Below are positions 16,411 through 25,570 of a stretch of 64,000 bases of DNA, one piece after another; positions within the stretch are counted from its first letter, which is position 1, and each line of letters starts with the position of its first letter. The position numbers and the translations under genes were made by a program. The notes beneath the pieces were generated by a model. The model had not been told where the DNA came from, did not search any database, and saw only the letters and a list, made by a program, of their open reading frames with translations. The stretch is from positions 1,629 through 65,628 of the forward strand of contig JAGORL010000002.1 of the NCBI GenBank assembly GCA_018062825.1. Direction: 5' to 3'. This stretch comes from Patescibacteria group bacterium (GTDB lineage: Bacteria; Patescibacteriota; Patescibacteriia; UBA9934).

Positions 16411-18312
16411 TTAGCTCTTCGCATCTGCGTCACCCGCATCCTTGAACTCAGCATCCTTTGGTTCAGCAGCAGCGTCAGGGGTGGCGCCAGGAGGAGGAGT
16501 TTGCTCGCCCTGCGTTGCCTGATACATCTTAGTGCCAATAGCCTGCGCATCCTTAGATAGTTCGTCGACCGCATTCTTCAAAGACTCGAGATCATCACCG
16601 TCCTTCAAGTCCTTGACGCGCTTCATCTTCTCTTCAAGATTCGTCTTTTCAGCGTCTGAAATCTTATCTTTGTGTTCGCTCATCATCTTCTCAACGGTGT
16701 ACACGGTTGTATCAGCAATATTACGAGCCTCAACCGACTCCTGCTTCTTCTTATCTTCCTCAGCATGCGTTTCGGCATCAGCCTTCATCTTCTCAATATC
16801 TTCCTTAGAAAGACCGGAGCTAGAAGTGATGGTGATGTTCTGCGTCTTGTTCGTTGCTTTATCAGTAGCTACAACCTTCAAGATACCGTTCGCATCAATG
16901 TCGAAAGTAACCTCAACCTGTGGAACGCCACGTGGTGCCGGTGGAATACCGGTCAGATCAAACTGACCAAGAAGCTTGTTGTCATTGAACATGGCGCGCT
17001 CTCCTTGGGCAACACGAATGGTAACGGCTGGCTGATTGTCAGTGGCCGTTGAGAATGTCTGTGACTTACTCGTTGGAATAGTGGTGTTACGCTCAATCAC
17101 CTTAGTAAAGACGCCACCCATCGTTTCAATACCAAGAGAAAGTGGGGCAACGTCCAAAAGCAAGATGTCCTTAACGTCGCCTTGCAAAACACCAGCCTGT
17201 ACCGCCGCACCGATTGCTACCACTTCATCCGGGTTCACGGTGACGTTTGGCTTCTTGCCAAAGAAATCTTCAACCTGCTTGAGAACAAGCGGCATGCGGG
17301 TCATACCACCAACCATCACAATCTCACCAATCTCTTGCGCGGTCATCTTGGCGTCACTAAGCGCCTTCTTAACCGGACCAAGTGTCTGAGCAACAAGTGG
17401 TGAAACAAGCTCCTCAAGCTTAGCGCGGGTAAGGGTCATCACTAAGTGCTTTGGACCTTCAGCGCCAGAAGTAATGAATGGCTGATTGATCTCAGTCTGT
17501 TGTGCTGTTGAAAGTTCGATCTTAGCGCGTTCAGCCGCATCCTTAATACGCTGCATAGCAAGCGGGTCGCCAGAGAGATCAACACCCTCCAACTTCTTAA
17601 ACTCCTCCAAGATGTAACGCATGATGGTCAAATCAAAGTCATCACCACCAAGGTGCGTATCACCGTTTGTGGCAAGCACCTCAACCGTACCCTCGGAAAC
17701 ATCAAGAACGGAAACATCAAATGTTCCACCACCCAAATCGTAAACCACAATCTTCTGACCAACCTTCTTATCAAAGCCGTACGCCAAAGCCGCAGCCGTT
17801 GGCTCGTTGATAATACGCATGACCTGCAAGCCAGCAATTTCACCAGCATCCTTAGTTGCTTGGCGCTGGGCGTCGTCAAAGTACGCAGGAACAGTGATAA
17901 CGGCCTGAGTGATCTTTTCACCAAGCTTCTCTTCCGCATCAGCCTTCAGCTTCTGCAACACCATAGCCGCAACTTCCTGTGGCGTGTGCTCTTTATCACC
18001 CATCTTTACCGCCACACCTTCACCGCGAGCAACGATCTCAAACGGCATGAGTTTAATGTCACGCTGTACCTCTTCATCCTGAAAACGGCGACCAATCAAA
18101 CGCTTCACGGAGTAAAGCGTGCTCTTAGGATTAGTAACGGCCTGTCGTTTTGCTGGAACACCAACCACACGCTCCCCCGCCTTGGTTGTGGCAACCATGG
18201 ACGGCGTGGTGCGCATACCTTCCTTATTTTCTAAAACCTTAGGCTGGCCACCTTCAAGAACGGCCATGCAGGAGTTTGTTGTACCAAGATCGATTCCAAG
18301 AATTTTTGCCAT
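16411..18312 (-). CDS. dnaK: molecular chaperone DnaK (Hsp70)
   Basis: [16 protein letters not shown], full-length Hsp70. Confidence 0.95.
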   Translation of the reverse strand: MAKILGIDLGTTNSCMAVLEGGQPKVLENKEGMRTTPSMVATTKAGERVVGVPAKRQAVTNPKSTLYSVKRLIGRRFQDEEVQRDIKLMPFEIVARGEGVAVKMGDKEHTPQEVAAMVLQKLKADAEEKLGEKITQAVITVPAYFDDAQRQATKDAGEIAGLQVMRIINEPTAAALAYGFDKKVGQKIVVYDLGGGTFDVSVLDVSEGTVEVLATNGDTHLGGDDFDLTIMRYILEEFKKLEGVDLSGDPLAMQRIKDAAERAKIELSTAQQTEINQPFITSGAEGPKHLVMTLTRAKLEELVSPLVAQTLGPVKKALSDAKMTAQEIGEIVMVGGMTRMPLVLKQVEDFFGKKPNVTVNPDEVVAIGAAVQAGVLQGDVKDILLLDVAPLSLGIETMGGVFTKVIERNTTIPTSKSQTFSTATDNQPAVTIRVAQGERAMFNDNKLLGQFDLTGIPPAPRGVPQVEVTFDIDANGILKVVATDKATNKTQNITITSSSGLSKEDIEKMKADAETHAEEDKKKQESVEARNIADTTVYTVEKMMSEHKDKISDAEKTNLEEKMKRVKDLKDGDDLESLKNAVDELSKDAQAIGTKMYQATQGEQTPPPGATPDAAAEPKDAEFKDAGDADAKS

Positions 18313-18320
18313 ACTTATTT

Positions 18321-18872
18321 TTATACTTTCGCAGGAAACTGATAGATAAATTTTAACAACATCTCAACAAAGTGAATGATTTTTTCAGCCTCGTCCCTAG
18401 TGCGACTTTGGATTTCATGATTAGCGTCATTGCCAAGCTGTCTTATTGCATCGACCCAGTCACGACTACCTGGTGGAGTATAGTGATTCTCTACAAGCCA
18501 ATTCACATATTCCGCGAATTTCAGACCTTTATCTGCACCTTGCGACACAGCGACATTCATTAATACTTTGCGCATACACATAACTGAAGCCGTATAAGCA
18601 CTTACAGAAAAAGACTTTCTTCCTTCCGTGTATATTCCAAGAACATCAGTCGGCAAATCGCTTACATCATTGCCATACGCAACTCCTGGATATTGAACCC
18701 CTTCGCCAGAAAAATAAGTCGGATGATTACAAGCGTGACAAATGTATATACTCGCATGTGGGCTAGATGCATGAGAGCCTACAAAATATCCAACATTTGA
18801 TGCCAAAGGATTATGACAATACCCACAGGTATATGATCGAGACTTAATTATATGAGTCTGTATCCAAGCCAT
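18321..18872 (-). CDS. zinc-ribbon + DUF4145-domain protein
   Basis: N-terminal CGYC ... CHAC ribbon. The C-terminus ([18 protein letters not shown] ... [15 protein letters not shown] ... [17 protein letters not shown]) matches the DUF4145 pattern (IR..GN.AAH ... LL..LY). Confidence 0.7.
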   Translation of the reverse strand: MAWIQTHIIKSRSYTCGYCHNPLASNVGYFVGSHASSPHASIYICHACNHPTYFSGEGVQYPGVAYGNDVSDLPTDVLGIYTEGRKSFSVSAYTASVMCMRKVLMNVAVSQGADKGLKFAEYVNWLVENHYTPPGSRDWVDAIRQLGNDANHEIQSRTRDEAEKIIHFVEMLLKFIYQFPAKV

Positions 18873-18873
18873 A

Positions 18874-19422
18874 TTACTCGCTTACCACAACCTTCGACGG
18901 ACGAATGACTAAGTCACCAAGTTTCCAACCACGCACAATCTCTTCAAGAACAACGCCAGGCTCTTTACCGTCCTCCTTACGAGAACTCGCTGACTCATGA
19001 AGCATCGGATCAAACTTGGCGCCAACGGCCACAATCGGTTCAACGCCAAGGACCTTTAAGGCTTCAGCAAACTGACGATCAATGTGCCCGATCCCTTGAA
19101 ACCACACATCAAACTTTTTCTTAGCGTCGTCTGTGAGTCCACTAACGTCCGGCACATGCTGCAAAACGTAGCCAAAGTTATCAACGACCGGGAGCAATTC
19201 TTCAGCAAGTGAGAGTTGCGCGCGACGACGATCCTCGACCCGACGCTCTGACATCTGCTTTTGAATATTCTCGTAATCAGCAAGCGCACGCTTCCAGCCA
19301 GCTAAGTATTCATCACACTTTGCTTGCAAGTCAGAGGCAGGCGCCGCGGATGCCGTTTCTGGCGCTCCTTCTGGAGTAGGTTGATCATTATTTACTGTCG
19401 TGTCCTTTTGTTCTTCATCCAT
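18874..19422 (-). CDS. grpE: nucleotide exchange factor GrpE
   Basis: Conserved GrpE core ([12 protein letters not shown] ... [18 protein letters not shown]). Confidence 0.9.
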   Translation of the reverse strand: MDEEQKDTTVNNDQPTPEGAPETASAAPASDLQAKCDEYLAGWKRALADYENIQKQMSERRVEDRRRAQLSLAEELLPVVDNFGYVLQHVPDVSGLTDDAKKKFDVWFQGIGHIDRQFAEALKVLGVEPIVAVGAKFDPMLHESASSRKEDGKEPGVVLEEIVRGWKLGDLVIRPSKVVVSE

Positions 19423-20152
19423 AGGTTAGAGCTTGAGGTTCAATAAGACGTTTGGCGTGCATGAGAAGCGCGGCGTTATGCGCATAATCCATACGCATCG
19501 GCCCAACAATGCCCATCACACCTCTACCACCGTCTGGCAACGTATGCCCGATAACAACCGAGGCGAGCGCCGGACCAAACGGACTGTCACTCCCTAAAAT
19601 GATCTGCACATCCTCACGCGTAGTTTTAGCCATGCCGCGCAAGGTGGCATCAAGCTTCTCAAGTGAGTCAGCGAGCGCGAGGCGCGCCTGTACCTCTTGA
19701 AAGTCCGGCTTACGCAAAAGGTTAGCGATGCCGACCGTTTCACTCCACGGCCGAGTAGTAGCAAGCATAACTGCGTCTCCGGAGGCCTGCGCAAGCGCAA
19801 GACCGATTTCATGCATGCGCTCTTCAGAACTTTTCTGCCGAGGCTGAATTCTGAGCGTCACCCGGATCTGCACCGCCGGACGTGCCGGCTTAGTAGCTGT
19901 ACCGGTTGCGGGACCTACATAGGAAGCAATGTAATGCTTGTAGGCCTTCTCAGTTGGCACACGGCCAGCCGAGGTATGTGGCTGCGCAATGTACCCAGCC
20001 TCCTCAAGGGCTGCCATGTCATTACGAACCGTGGCGGGCGAGCAATCAAGATCAGCCCGTTCACAGACCTGTTTGGAACTCACAGGCTCGGCGGTACGCA
20101 CGTACTCGTCCACGATGCACTTGAGAATTCGTTCTCGTCTGGAATCCATCAT
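19415..20152 (-). CDS. hrcA: heat-inducible transcription repressor HrcA
   Basis: N-terminal wHTH ([21 protein letters not shown]) with an HrcA C-terminal domain; operon context. Confidence 0.9.
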   Translation of the reverse strand: MMDSRRERILKCIVDEYVRTAEPVSSKQVCERADLDCSPATVRNDMAALEEAGYIAQPHTSAGRVPTEKAYKHYIASYVGPATGTATKPARPAVQIRVTLRIQPRQKSSEERMHEIGLALAQASGDAVMLATTRPWSETVGIANLLRKPDFQEVQARLALADSLEKLDATLRGMAKTTREDVQIILGSDSPFGPALASVVIGHTLPDGGRGVMGIVGPMRMDYAHNAALLMHAKRLIEPQALTYG

Positions 20153-20161
20153 AAAAGGATA

Positions 20162-20188
20162 TTAGCACTCGGTATTATAGACTGCTAA
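20162..20188. promoter_or_regulatory. CIRCE operator (TTAGCACTC-N9-GACTGCTAA)
   Basis: One mismatch to the consensus inverted repeat; directly upstream of hrcA. Confidence 0.8.
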
Positions 20189-20201
20189 ATCGGAACGTCA
20201 A
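20174..20201 (-). promoter_or_regulatory. sigma70-like promoter of hrcA operon (TTGACG-17-TATAAT), -10 inside CIRCE spacer
   Basis: Read on the minus strand. Confidence 0.6.
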
Positions 20202-20204
20202 GTG

Positions 20205-20244
20205 TATAAAAAGAGGCCCCGTGAAGCGCGTGCTTCACAGGGCC
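20205..20244 (-). terminator. terminator of GC-rich cassette b (13-bp stem with 1 mismatch + UCUUUUUAU)
   Basis: GGCCCTGTGAAGC-ACGC-GCTTCACGGGGCC on the minus strand. Confidence 0.6.
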
Positions 20245-20251
20245 TTGAGGG

Positions 20252-20869
20252 CTACCGCACAACCGAGACCGTGAGAGCGATCTCGTTGTTGCAGGGGCGT
20301 GGCATCCCCAGACCGACGTAGCTACTAGCGTCGAAGGAGATCGCCGCCCCGCCTTCGAAGATGAAGAGTGCTCGTTGCCCAGCCTCGATCTCGCCAGAAG
20401 TCGGTGGGCACTCCAGGCTCCTGGCCTCGTAGTCGAACCACTCCAGAGTCGCGGTTCGACCACGCAATCGGATGCGCGGGCCGTCGATCTGAGTGACGAG
20501 GACACGTTGATCGTCGTGCGCTACGAAGCGCGGGATAACCATGTGCGCCCCTCGGCGCATGATGTAGGTGATGCCGATGCCGTGGAAGTCCTCCGGCTTC
20601 GGCAGGTGAATCACCCGCTGCTTGGGAACCGCGAGCTCGAGCACGAGCTCGTACTGCACACCGGAAGACGTACGCCTTCCTTGCCGCTGTCGGCGACGCT
20701 GAGAACGAACCTCCTTGCCCTGGGCAGACTCTCCGTCGATCACCCGGACACGGAAGCTGATGATCCGGTGGATCATCGCCAGTTGATCATAGGCCCCGCA
20801 CCGTGCGTAAGGCCCCTCCTTGCTGTTGCTCGACCCTGTGGAATCACGGGTCGCTGGCATGCCACACAT
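20252..20869 (-). CDS. hypothetical protein, GC-rich cassette b
   Basis: Start MCGMPATRD preceded by ACTGGAGGG; no recognisable domain. Confidence 0.5.
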   Translation of the reverse strand: MCGMPATRDSTGSSNSKEGPYARCGAYDQLAMIHRIISFRVRVIDGESAQGKEVRSQRRRQRQGRRTSSGVQYELVLELAVPKQRVIHLPKPEDFHGIGITYIMRRGAHMVIPRFVAHDDQRVLVTQIDGPRIRLRGRTATLEWFDYEARSLECPPTSGEIEAGQRALFIFEGGAAISFDASSYVGLGMPRPCNNEIALTVSVVR

Positions 20870-20898
20870 TGGCCCTCCAGTAAGGCCAAGGTTAGCGG
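20870..20898 (-). promoter_or_regulatory. conserved cassette leader, copy b (TTGCGC-17-TAACCT; CGCTAACCTTGGCC; ACTGGAGGG-ATG)
   Basis: Aligned by eye with the other copies. Confidence 0.45.
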
Positions 20899-20931
20899 AA
20901 AAACAAAAAGAGCGCAAGACCGCGCTCTTTC
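20898..20931 (-). terminator. terminator of PP2C gene (AAAGAGCGC-GGTCTT-GCGCTCTTT + UUGUUUUU)
   Basis: Read directly. Confidence 0.75.
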
Positions 20932-20935
20932 TAAC

Positions 20936-22768
20936 TTAACTCGCTTTTTGAAAGGCTTGAACCGCAGCTTTTTTAGCAGCCGCGACATCAGTTACTGTAG
21001 ATTCTTGAGCCTTTTGGCGCTGTAATTCAACAATATACGCCATCTGCTCTCTATTAAGGCTTGGGTGCGGCTTAGACCAGCGCCCTTTAGGGTCAAGTGT
21101 GCCGGAATCCACTAAATGCTGCCGCCACTGCTCCCAAGTATCAGCCTCATCTTCAGCATTGTTCTTTTCACCAACTTCCACCTCATTACCAAGCGCCTCA
21201 ATATTGGCCTCATCGAGCTCTTCAAGCTCCTCAGGTAAAGCTGAGGCGCGCATACGCTCAACGGACACCTGACCAACCGGAACGTCACGTCTTAGCGCCT
21301 CTTGCAGCTTACTTGCGGCCAACGAAGAATCCCCCGCCCGAGAACGGCGCTTACGAACCGCTGCTCCAACAACAGCGGACGTATCATCCGGCTTACTACG
21401 ATCATTTTTCTCATCCTTTTCAATACTCACCGCCAGTTCTTGAAGTAGGCTCTCAGCAAGAAGTGGATTGCCTTCGCTCTTCTGCATCACTTCCTCCATC
21501 TGCTTGCGAGTAGCGTTGTCATGAACGCCATCTGAAGTAATAACAAACCGCTGGCCAGGCTCAAGATCGACCCACAAAATATCAGAATTCTTTGGATTCT
21601 CTGGATCAAATTTTAAATCTTCTATTTTAGATGTACCAGAACCTATCGCTTCAGTAATAACGTTTCGCTTACCGACAAATTCTTTCTGCCGCTCAGTGAG
21701 TGCATTGTAATCAGTGTACTGATCAAGCGCGTCTAAATCTTCTGGGGTAAGTTTCGTTGGTAATTCAATAGCTCTGTTTAAAACCTTAACCAAACGATCC
21801 GCCTTATCAGCGTCAATCTCGCGTTTGGCAGCATCCGTAAGAAAACGGACATCTGACTCTGACAGGCCCCGTGGATCAGCTAAGAATGACGATAGAGCAG
21901 ACTGAATTTCAGCCGAAGAAACACTGTCACCCTTACGACCCGCCGCCATCTGCTTTAACTTCTCAAGCCCACTGACTACATCTAGATCAAGCGGCACATC
22001 ACGAAATGTCTCATTCTCTGCCCGCAACCGATTATCGTCCTCGGTCAGCGTCACAAGTGACCCATCTTCATTTTCAAGATAGACACGACTGTCACCTATG
22101 CTCGTGTAATACAAACGCATCTTGCCGTCAGGCATTTCAACGAGCTTGGCAAGTGAAAGCGTAGTACATGCCCCACGATACTCTGGATTAACTTTTTGAA
22201 TTTTCTCAACTGCTTCATTGGAGTCTCGAACACTCTCCTGCATGGCCTTAGCCACGGCTTCATTAATCCAATCTTCATCCCCCTCAGAAAGCTGGGACGC
22301 CTTCTCAAGAACAGCATCAAGCTTCTCACCCATGCGATCAGCAACCACGCGACTCGTAATCTCAGAGGCAATGGCGCCGTGACCCGAGGACACGCCATCC
22401 ATCACCGCATACAAACCACGTTCTGGATCGTTGATCTTGCGATCATCACAACGGTTCTTGGGCTTCTCTAAAGTTTTCTCACCAATAACGCGGCGTTCAA
22501 AACCCTTCACTTCATCAACACCAACGTTCACAATGTCACGAGCCGCAACCTCTGGCGGTAGCACAGCCTCAATATCTTTAGCAGCTTGCTCCCACTCCCC
22601 CTCCTTCCAAAGCTTCTCCATCTTGGCCTTTTGCGCAACAACCCAATCCTTCGGTTTCTCGACCGGCTTTACCTGCTCAACCTTAACAGTCGGCTGAGGT
22701 GCCTGCTCTTTTTTTGGCGCTCCGTAGCCCATCATGCCACGAGCTCGTTCCATCATTGATCCGATCAT
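20936..22768 (-). CDS. PP2C-family Ser/Thr phosphatase domain protein with long N- and C-terminal extensions
   Basis: GLYAVMDGVSSGHG, GACTTLSLA, IGDSRVYL, ITSDGVHD. Confidence 0.75.
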   Translation of the reverse strand: MIGSMMERARGMMGYGAPKKEQAPQPTVKVEQVKPVEKPKDWVVAQKAKMEKLWKEGEWEQAAKDIEAVLPPEVAARDIVNVGVDEVKGFERRVIGEKTLEKPKNRCDDRKINDPERGLYAVMDGVSSGHGAIASEITSRVVADRMGEKLDAVLEKASQLSEGDEDWINEAVAKAMQESVRDSNEAVEKIQKVNPEYRGACTTLSLAKLVEMPDGKMRLYYTSIGDSRVYLENEDGSLVTLTEDDNRLRAENETFRDVPLDLDVVSGLEKLKQMAAGRKGDSVSSAEIQSALSSFLADPRGLSESDVRFLTDAAKREIDADKADRLVKVLNRAIELPTKLTPEDLDALDQYTDYNALTERQKEFVGKRNVITEAIGSGTSKIEDLKFDPENPKNSDILWVDLEPGQRFVITSDGVHDNATRKQMEEVMQKSEGNPLLAESLLQELAVSIEKDEKNDRSKPDDTSAVVGAAVRKRRSRAGDSSLAASKLQEALRRDVPVGQVSVERMRASALPEELEELDEANIEALGNEVEVGEKNNAEDEADTWEQWRQHLVDSGTLDPKGRWSKPHPSLNREQMAYIVELQRQKAQESTVTDVAAAKKAAVQAFQKAS

Positions 22769-22774
22769 AAGTGG

Positions 22775-24457
22775 TTATTCGAAATCGTGAATACGATCCA
22801 TGTAGGCAATCTCATCTTTAGCGAGCGTACCCCAAGATGTCTTTGTCGTCTTTTTCTTCTTCAACAGATTAGCGAAATGCTCGCCGCCAAGCATGCTCGG
22901 CACAATCACGAACGTTGCCCCAAGTGCATAACAACGTGCAGCGTCACTTGATGACTTCACGGTCATGATGGCGGAACCTGCATAGTGATGTGCTGACAGA
23001 TAATCCATGATGTCATCATTCACCTGCATATCAGGCACAGTGGAGATAACCATCTTTGCCTTATCGGTTTTGATAAAGTGGAGCACATCTTCGCTGCCAA
23101 CGTCACCATACATACAAGGAATGCCGCGTGCCGCTAAAAGCTCAATAACTGCCGGATTGTAATCCACAACCAAATAGTGCTTCGTAATCGCCTGAATTTC
23201 CGGCAAAATACGCGCGCCCATCCGATCATAACCAAACAAAATGATTTGCGGAGTAACTGCATGCCTCGCCTCTTTATCAAGTCCCTTGCTACGCAAAAAC
23301 GGCAAAAACTTGGCAGCAAAATCAAAGATACGTTCGTTGTATGAAATGAGGTAGGAGGAACCGGCGATCGTTGCGAGTCCAACAACGGTTGCAAGCGGCA
23401 TAGCGCTTGGAGCGATCAAACCGGCAGCAACACCACCAGCAATTAAAATAAATGAGAACTCGCTAATCTGGGCCACTGTAGTACCGACCAAAAAGCCAGT
23501 ACGGGCGTGGTACCCCATGAAGCGCATGATAAGTAAGACCAAGAGCGGATTACCAATAAGGATAAATAGGCTGAAGATAACGCTCGGAACAAGCAGTGCG
23601 CCAAAATCTCCGCCCGCCAAATGCGTACCAAGAACAATAAAGAAAATAACCAAGAAGAAATCACGAAGCACACGCACCTTGGCCTCAATCTCATGCTGAA
23701 AGCCACTACCTGCTAACGTGATACCAGCCATAAGCGCTCCTATCTCAATACCAAACCCAAGAAGTAAAAGCGCTGATGAAATAGCAAAACACCAAGCGAT
23801 CGCCATCAAGAACAAAAGCTCGGTTGAACGAGCGGCAAATCTAAACAGGTGCGGCACAATGAACTTCCCAAGAAATGCCAACGAGACAACGGCGATAAGC
23901 GCCTTACCAAAAGAAACCGTAAGAATGTTGGACCACGTACCGCCGTCTTGCATGGCTGCAAGCAAAAGCAACAAGACCATGGCGAGTAAATCCTGAACGA
24001 GCAGCATGCCAACCGCTACCCGACCATATAAACGATCAATATCTTCTTTGTCAGAAAGCATCTTCACGATGATAATCGTGGAAGAAAAGGCAAACGCCGT
24101 GGACAAAAAGAGCGCCGTCACCGGATCAAACCCCAACCCCACACCAATGAGCCAACCAACAGCTGTTGTAAACGCTACCTGGCCAAACCCGAGCATGAGC
24201 GCCACACGCCCAACCTCGGCAATGTTGCGCCAGTTTAAATTAAGACCAACGATAAAAAGCAGAAACGCGATACCGATCGAGGACATGGTTTCAAAGAGCT
24301 CCATGCTCTGCGCAAAGCCAAGCGTGCCAGGGCCAACGATCATGCCGGTAACAATATAGGCAATAATAAGTGGCTGCCTCAGCTTAAAAGCCAAGAGCGA
24401 CAGTAACCCGGCAATCATGATGACAACCGCAATTTCAAGAAAGAGTTCATTGAACAT
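22775..24457 (-). CDS. CPA2-family cation:proton antiporter with RCK/TrkA domains (Kef-like)
   Basis: Multi-TM Na+/H+ exchanger region plus TrkA-N (ILFGYDRMGARI ... VVDYNP) and a C-terminal RCK. Start set at MFNELFLEIAVV. Confidence 0.8.
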   Translation of the reverse strand: MFNELFLEIAVVIMIAGLLSLLAFKLRQPLIIAYIVTGMIVGPGTLGFAQSMELFETMSSIGIAFLLFIVGLNLNWRNIAEVGRVALMLGFGQVAFTTAVGWLIGVGLGFDPVTALFLSTAFAFSSTIIIVKMLSDKEDIDRLYGRVAVGMLLVQDLLAMVLLLLLAAMQDGGTWSNILTVSFGKALIAVVSLAFLGKFIVPHLFRFAARSTELLFLMAIAWCFAISSALLLLGFGIEIGALMAGITLAGSGFQHEIEAKVRVLRDFFLVIFFIVLGTHLAGGDFGALLVPSVIFSLFILIGNPLLVLLIMRFMGYHARTGFLVGTTVAQISEFSFILIAGGVAAGLIAPSAMPLATVVGLATIAGSSYLISYNERIFDFAAKFLPFLRSKGLDKEARHAVTPQIILFGYDRMGARILPEIQAITKHYLVVDYNPAVIELLAARGIPCMYGDVGSEDVLHFIKTDKAKMVISTVPDMQVNDDIMDYLSAHHYAGSAIMTVKSSSDAARCYALGATFVIVPSMLGGEHFANLLKKKKTTKTSWGTLAKDEIAYMDRIHDFE

Positions 24458-24565
24458 AACAATGCAGCAAGTATAACAAGAATTTTCGATGCACCGCGTG
24501 ATAATGAACAATCACCTCCGAGCTTTGACGGCACAAAAAAGCTCTGCTATTCTATCGTTCGTCAG

Positions 24566-24871
24566 AAATACGGCCTTATCGTCTAGCGGCTATCCGGCAA
24601 AGCCGGACCCGGCTCTGCCGGGGGACGTCATATGTACATCGTCTATATACTTTCGTCCGAAAGCAATAATCGCTGGTACATTGGAATGACTGCAGACATT
24701 AAGGTTCGTTTAGGTGAACACAATGCAGGTCGCGTGCGCTCCACAAAGCCATATGTTCCGTATCGCATTATTTATACGGAAACATATCCAGACAAAACAA
24801 CTGCGCGGAAAAGAGAGATTCAGATTAAAAAATCTGGATTAATCCGCAAGCAGTTAAAAGACAGGATTACC
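24566..24871 (+). mobile_element. 306-bp GIY-YIG mini-element inserted at the 5' end of tRNA-Glu, bounded by 26-bp direct repeats (24566-24591 and 24872-24897)
   Basis: The repeat AATACGGCCTTATCGTCTAGCGGCTA covers the first 21 nt of the tRNA. Two tandem hairpins (TCCGGCAAAGCCGGA, CCCGGCTCTGCCGGG) precede the ORF. Confidence 0.45.
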
Positions 24872-24898
24872 AATACGGCCTTATCGTCTAGCGGCTAG
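24632..24898 (+). CDS. GIY-YIG nuclease family protein (small, YhbQ/UPF0213-like)
   Basis: MYIVYIL ... WYIGMT ... R ... EHN ... motif set. The stop codon TAG lies inside the D-arm of tRNA-Glu. Confidence 0.8.
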   Translation: MYIVYILSSESNNRWYIGMTADIKVRLGEHNAGRVRSTKPYVPYRIIYTETYPDKTTARKREIQIKKSGLIRKQLKDRITNTALSSSG

Positions 24899-24951
24899 GA
24901 CGGCACCCTCTCACGGTGCAGACCCGGGTTCGATTCCCGGTAAGGTCACCA
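24877..24951 (+). tRNA. tRNA-Glu (anticodon CUC)
   Basis: Acceptor GGCCTTA/TAAGGTC (one G-U), anticodon stem GCACC/GGTGC, loop CTCTCAC, T-arm CCGGG-TTCGATT-CCCGG, CCA encoded. Confidence 0.85.
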
Positions 24952-24983
24952 AAAAACCACTTCAGCCATGAAGTGGTTTTTTG
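24952..24983. terminator. bidirectional terminator (AAAAAACCACTTC-AGCCAT-GAAGTGGTTTTTT)
   Basis: Read directly. Confidence 0.8.
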
Positions 24984-25003
24984 TTATCTCGTATTATGAA
25001 GTG

Positions 25004-25570
25004 CTACTCGAACCGCAACGTCTCAAGAATCCACTCTGCAAAATATGAATCGGAACCTATCGAAGAAAAGTGATACGCACGAGCCGAATCACGAGGGTCT
25101 ACGATGTACCACGTATGACTAGGGTTCATGTCGGTAACAAAAAAATGAATTGTCGGAATATCACGGATCATCTCGGTTCGATAATATGACTCGTCCTGCA
25201 GGGTAAAAATAGAAGAATTCTCAGGTGGATCGATGAAGCCATGACGACCAGCCACAAGATCCTCAAGCGAGGTCCCCTCTGGAATATCCACGGTCTCAAT
25301 ACTTAAAGTCGGAAAACTCTTGAAATCACGGTAAGTCAAATTATTCTCATGCCAAATATCACCTTCAAACAAGACAAACGACGGATCAGGAAGATCAAGA
25401 ATGACACCATGTGTGCGAACCGTGAGATCAATCTCTTGCTGAGGCTTTGCAACCTCTTCACGAATCTCCCGGAGCATCATGGTTTGATTACCAAGCATGA
25501 CAATGATGATCGCAATGATAGCAAGTTGAAAGCTGATGATAACAAGATGAGATTTTTTCATATTATTCAA
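25004..25570 (-). CDS. hypothetical membrane-anchored protein
   Basis: N-terminal TM segment followed by a 160-aa soluble part. Confidence 0.45.
   Translation of the reverse strand: MNNMKKSHLVIISFQLAIIAIIIVMLGNQTMMLREIREEVAKPQQEIDLTVRTHGVILDLPDPSFVLFEGDIWHENNLTYRDFKSFPTLSIETVDIPEGTSLEDLVAGRHGFIDPPENSSIFTLQDESYYRTEMIRDIPTIHFFVTDMNPSHTWYIVDPRDSARAYHFSSIGSDSYFAEWILETLRFE

Noticed and set aside
24571-24591. Possible second tRNA-Glu gene upstream of the GIY-YIG ORF
   Set aside because: Only the first 21 nt of the tRNA are present. The following hairpins do not complete a cloverleaf, and there is no 3' acceptor strand. It is a duplicated fragment, not a gene.
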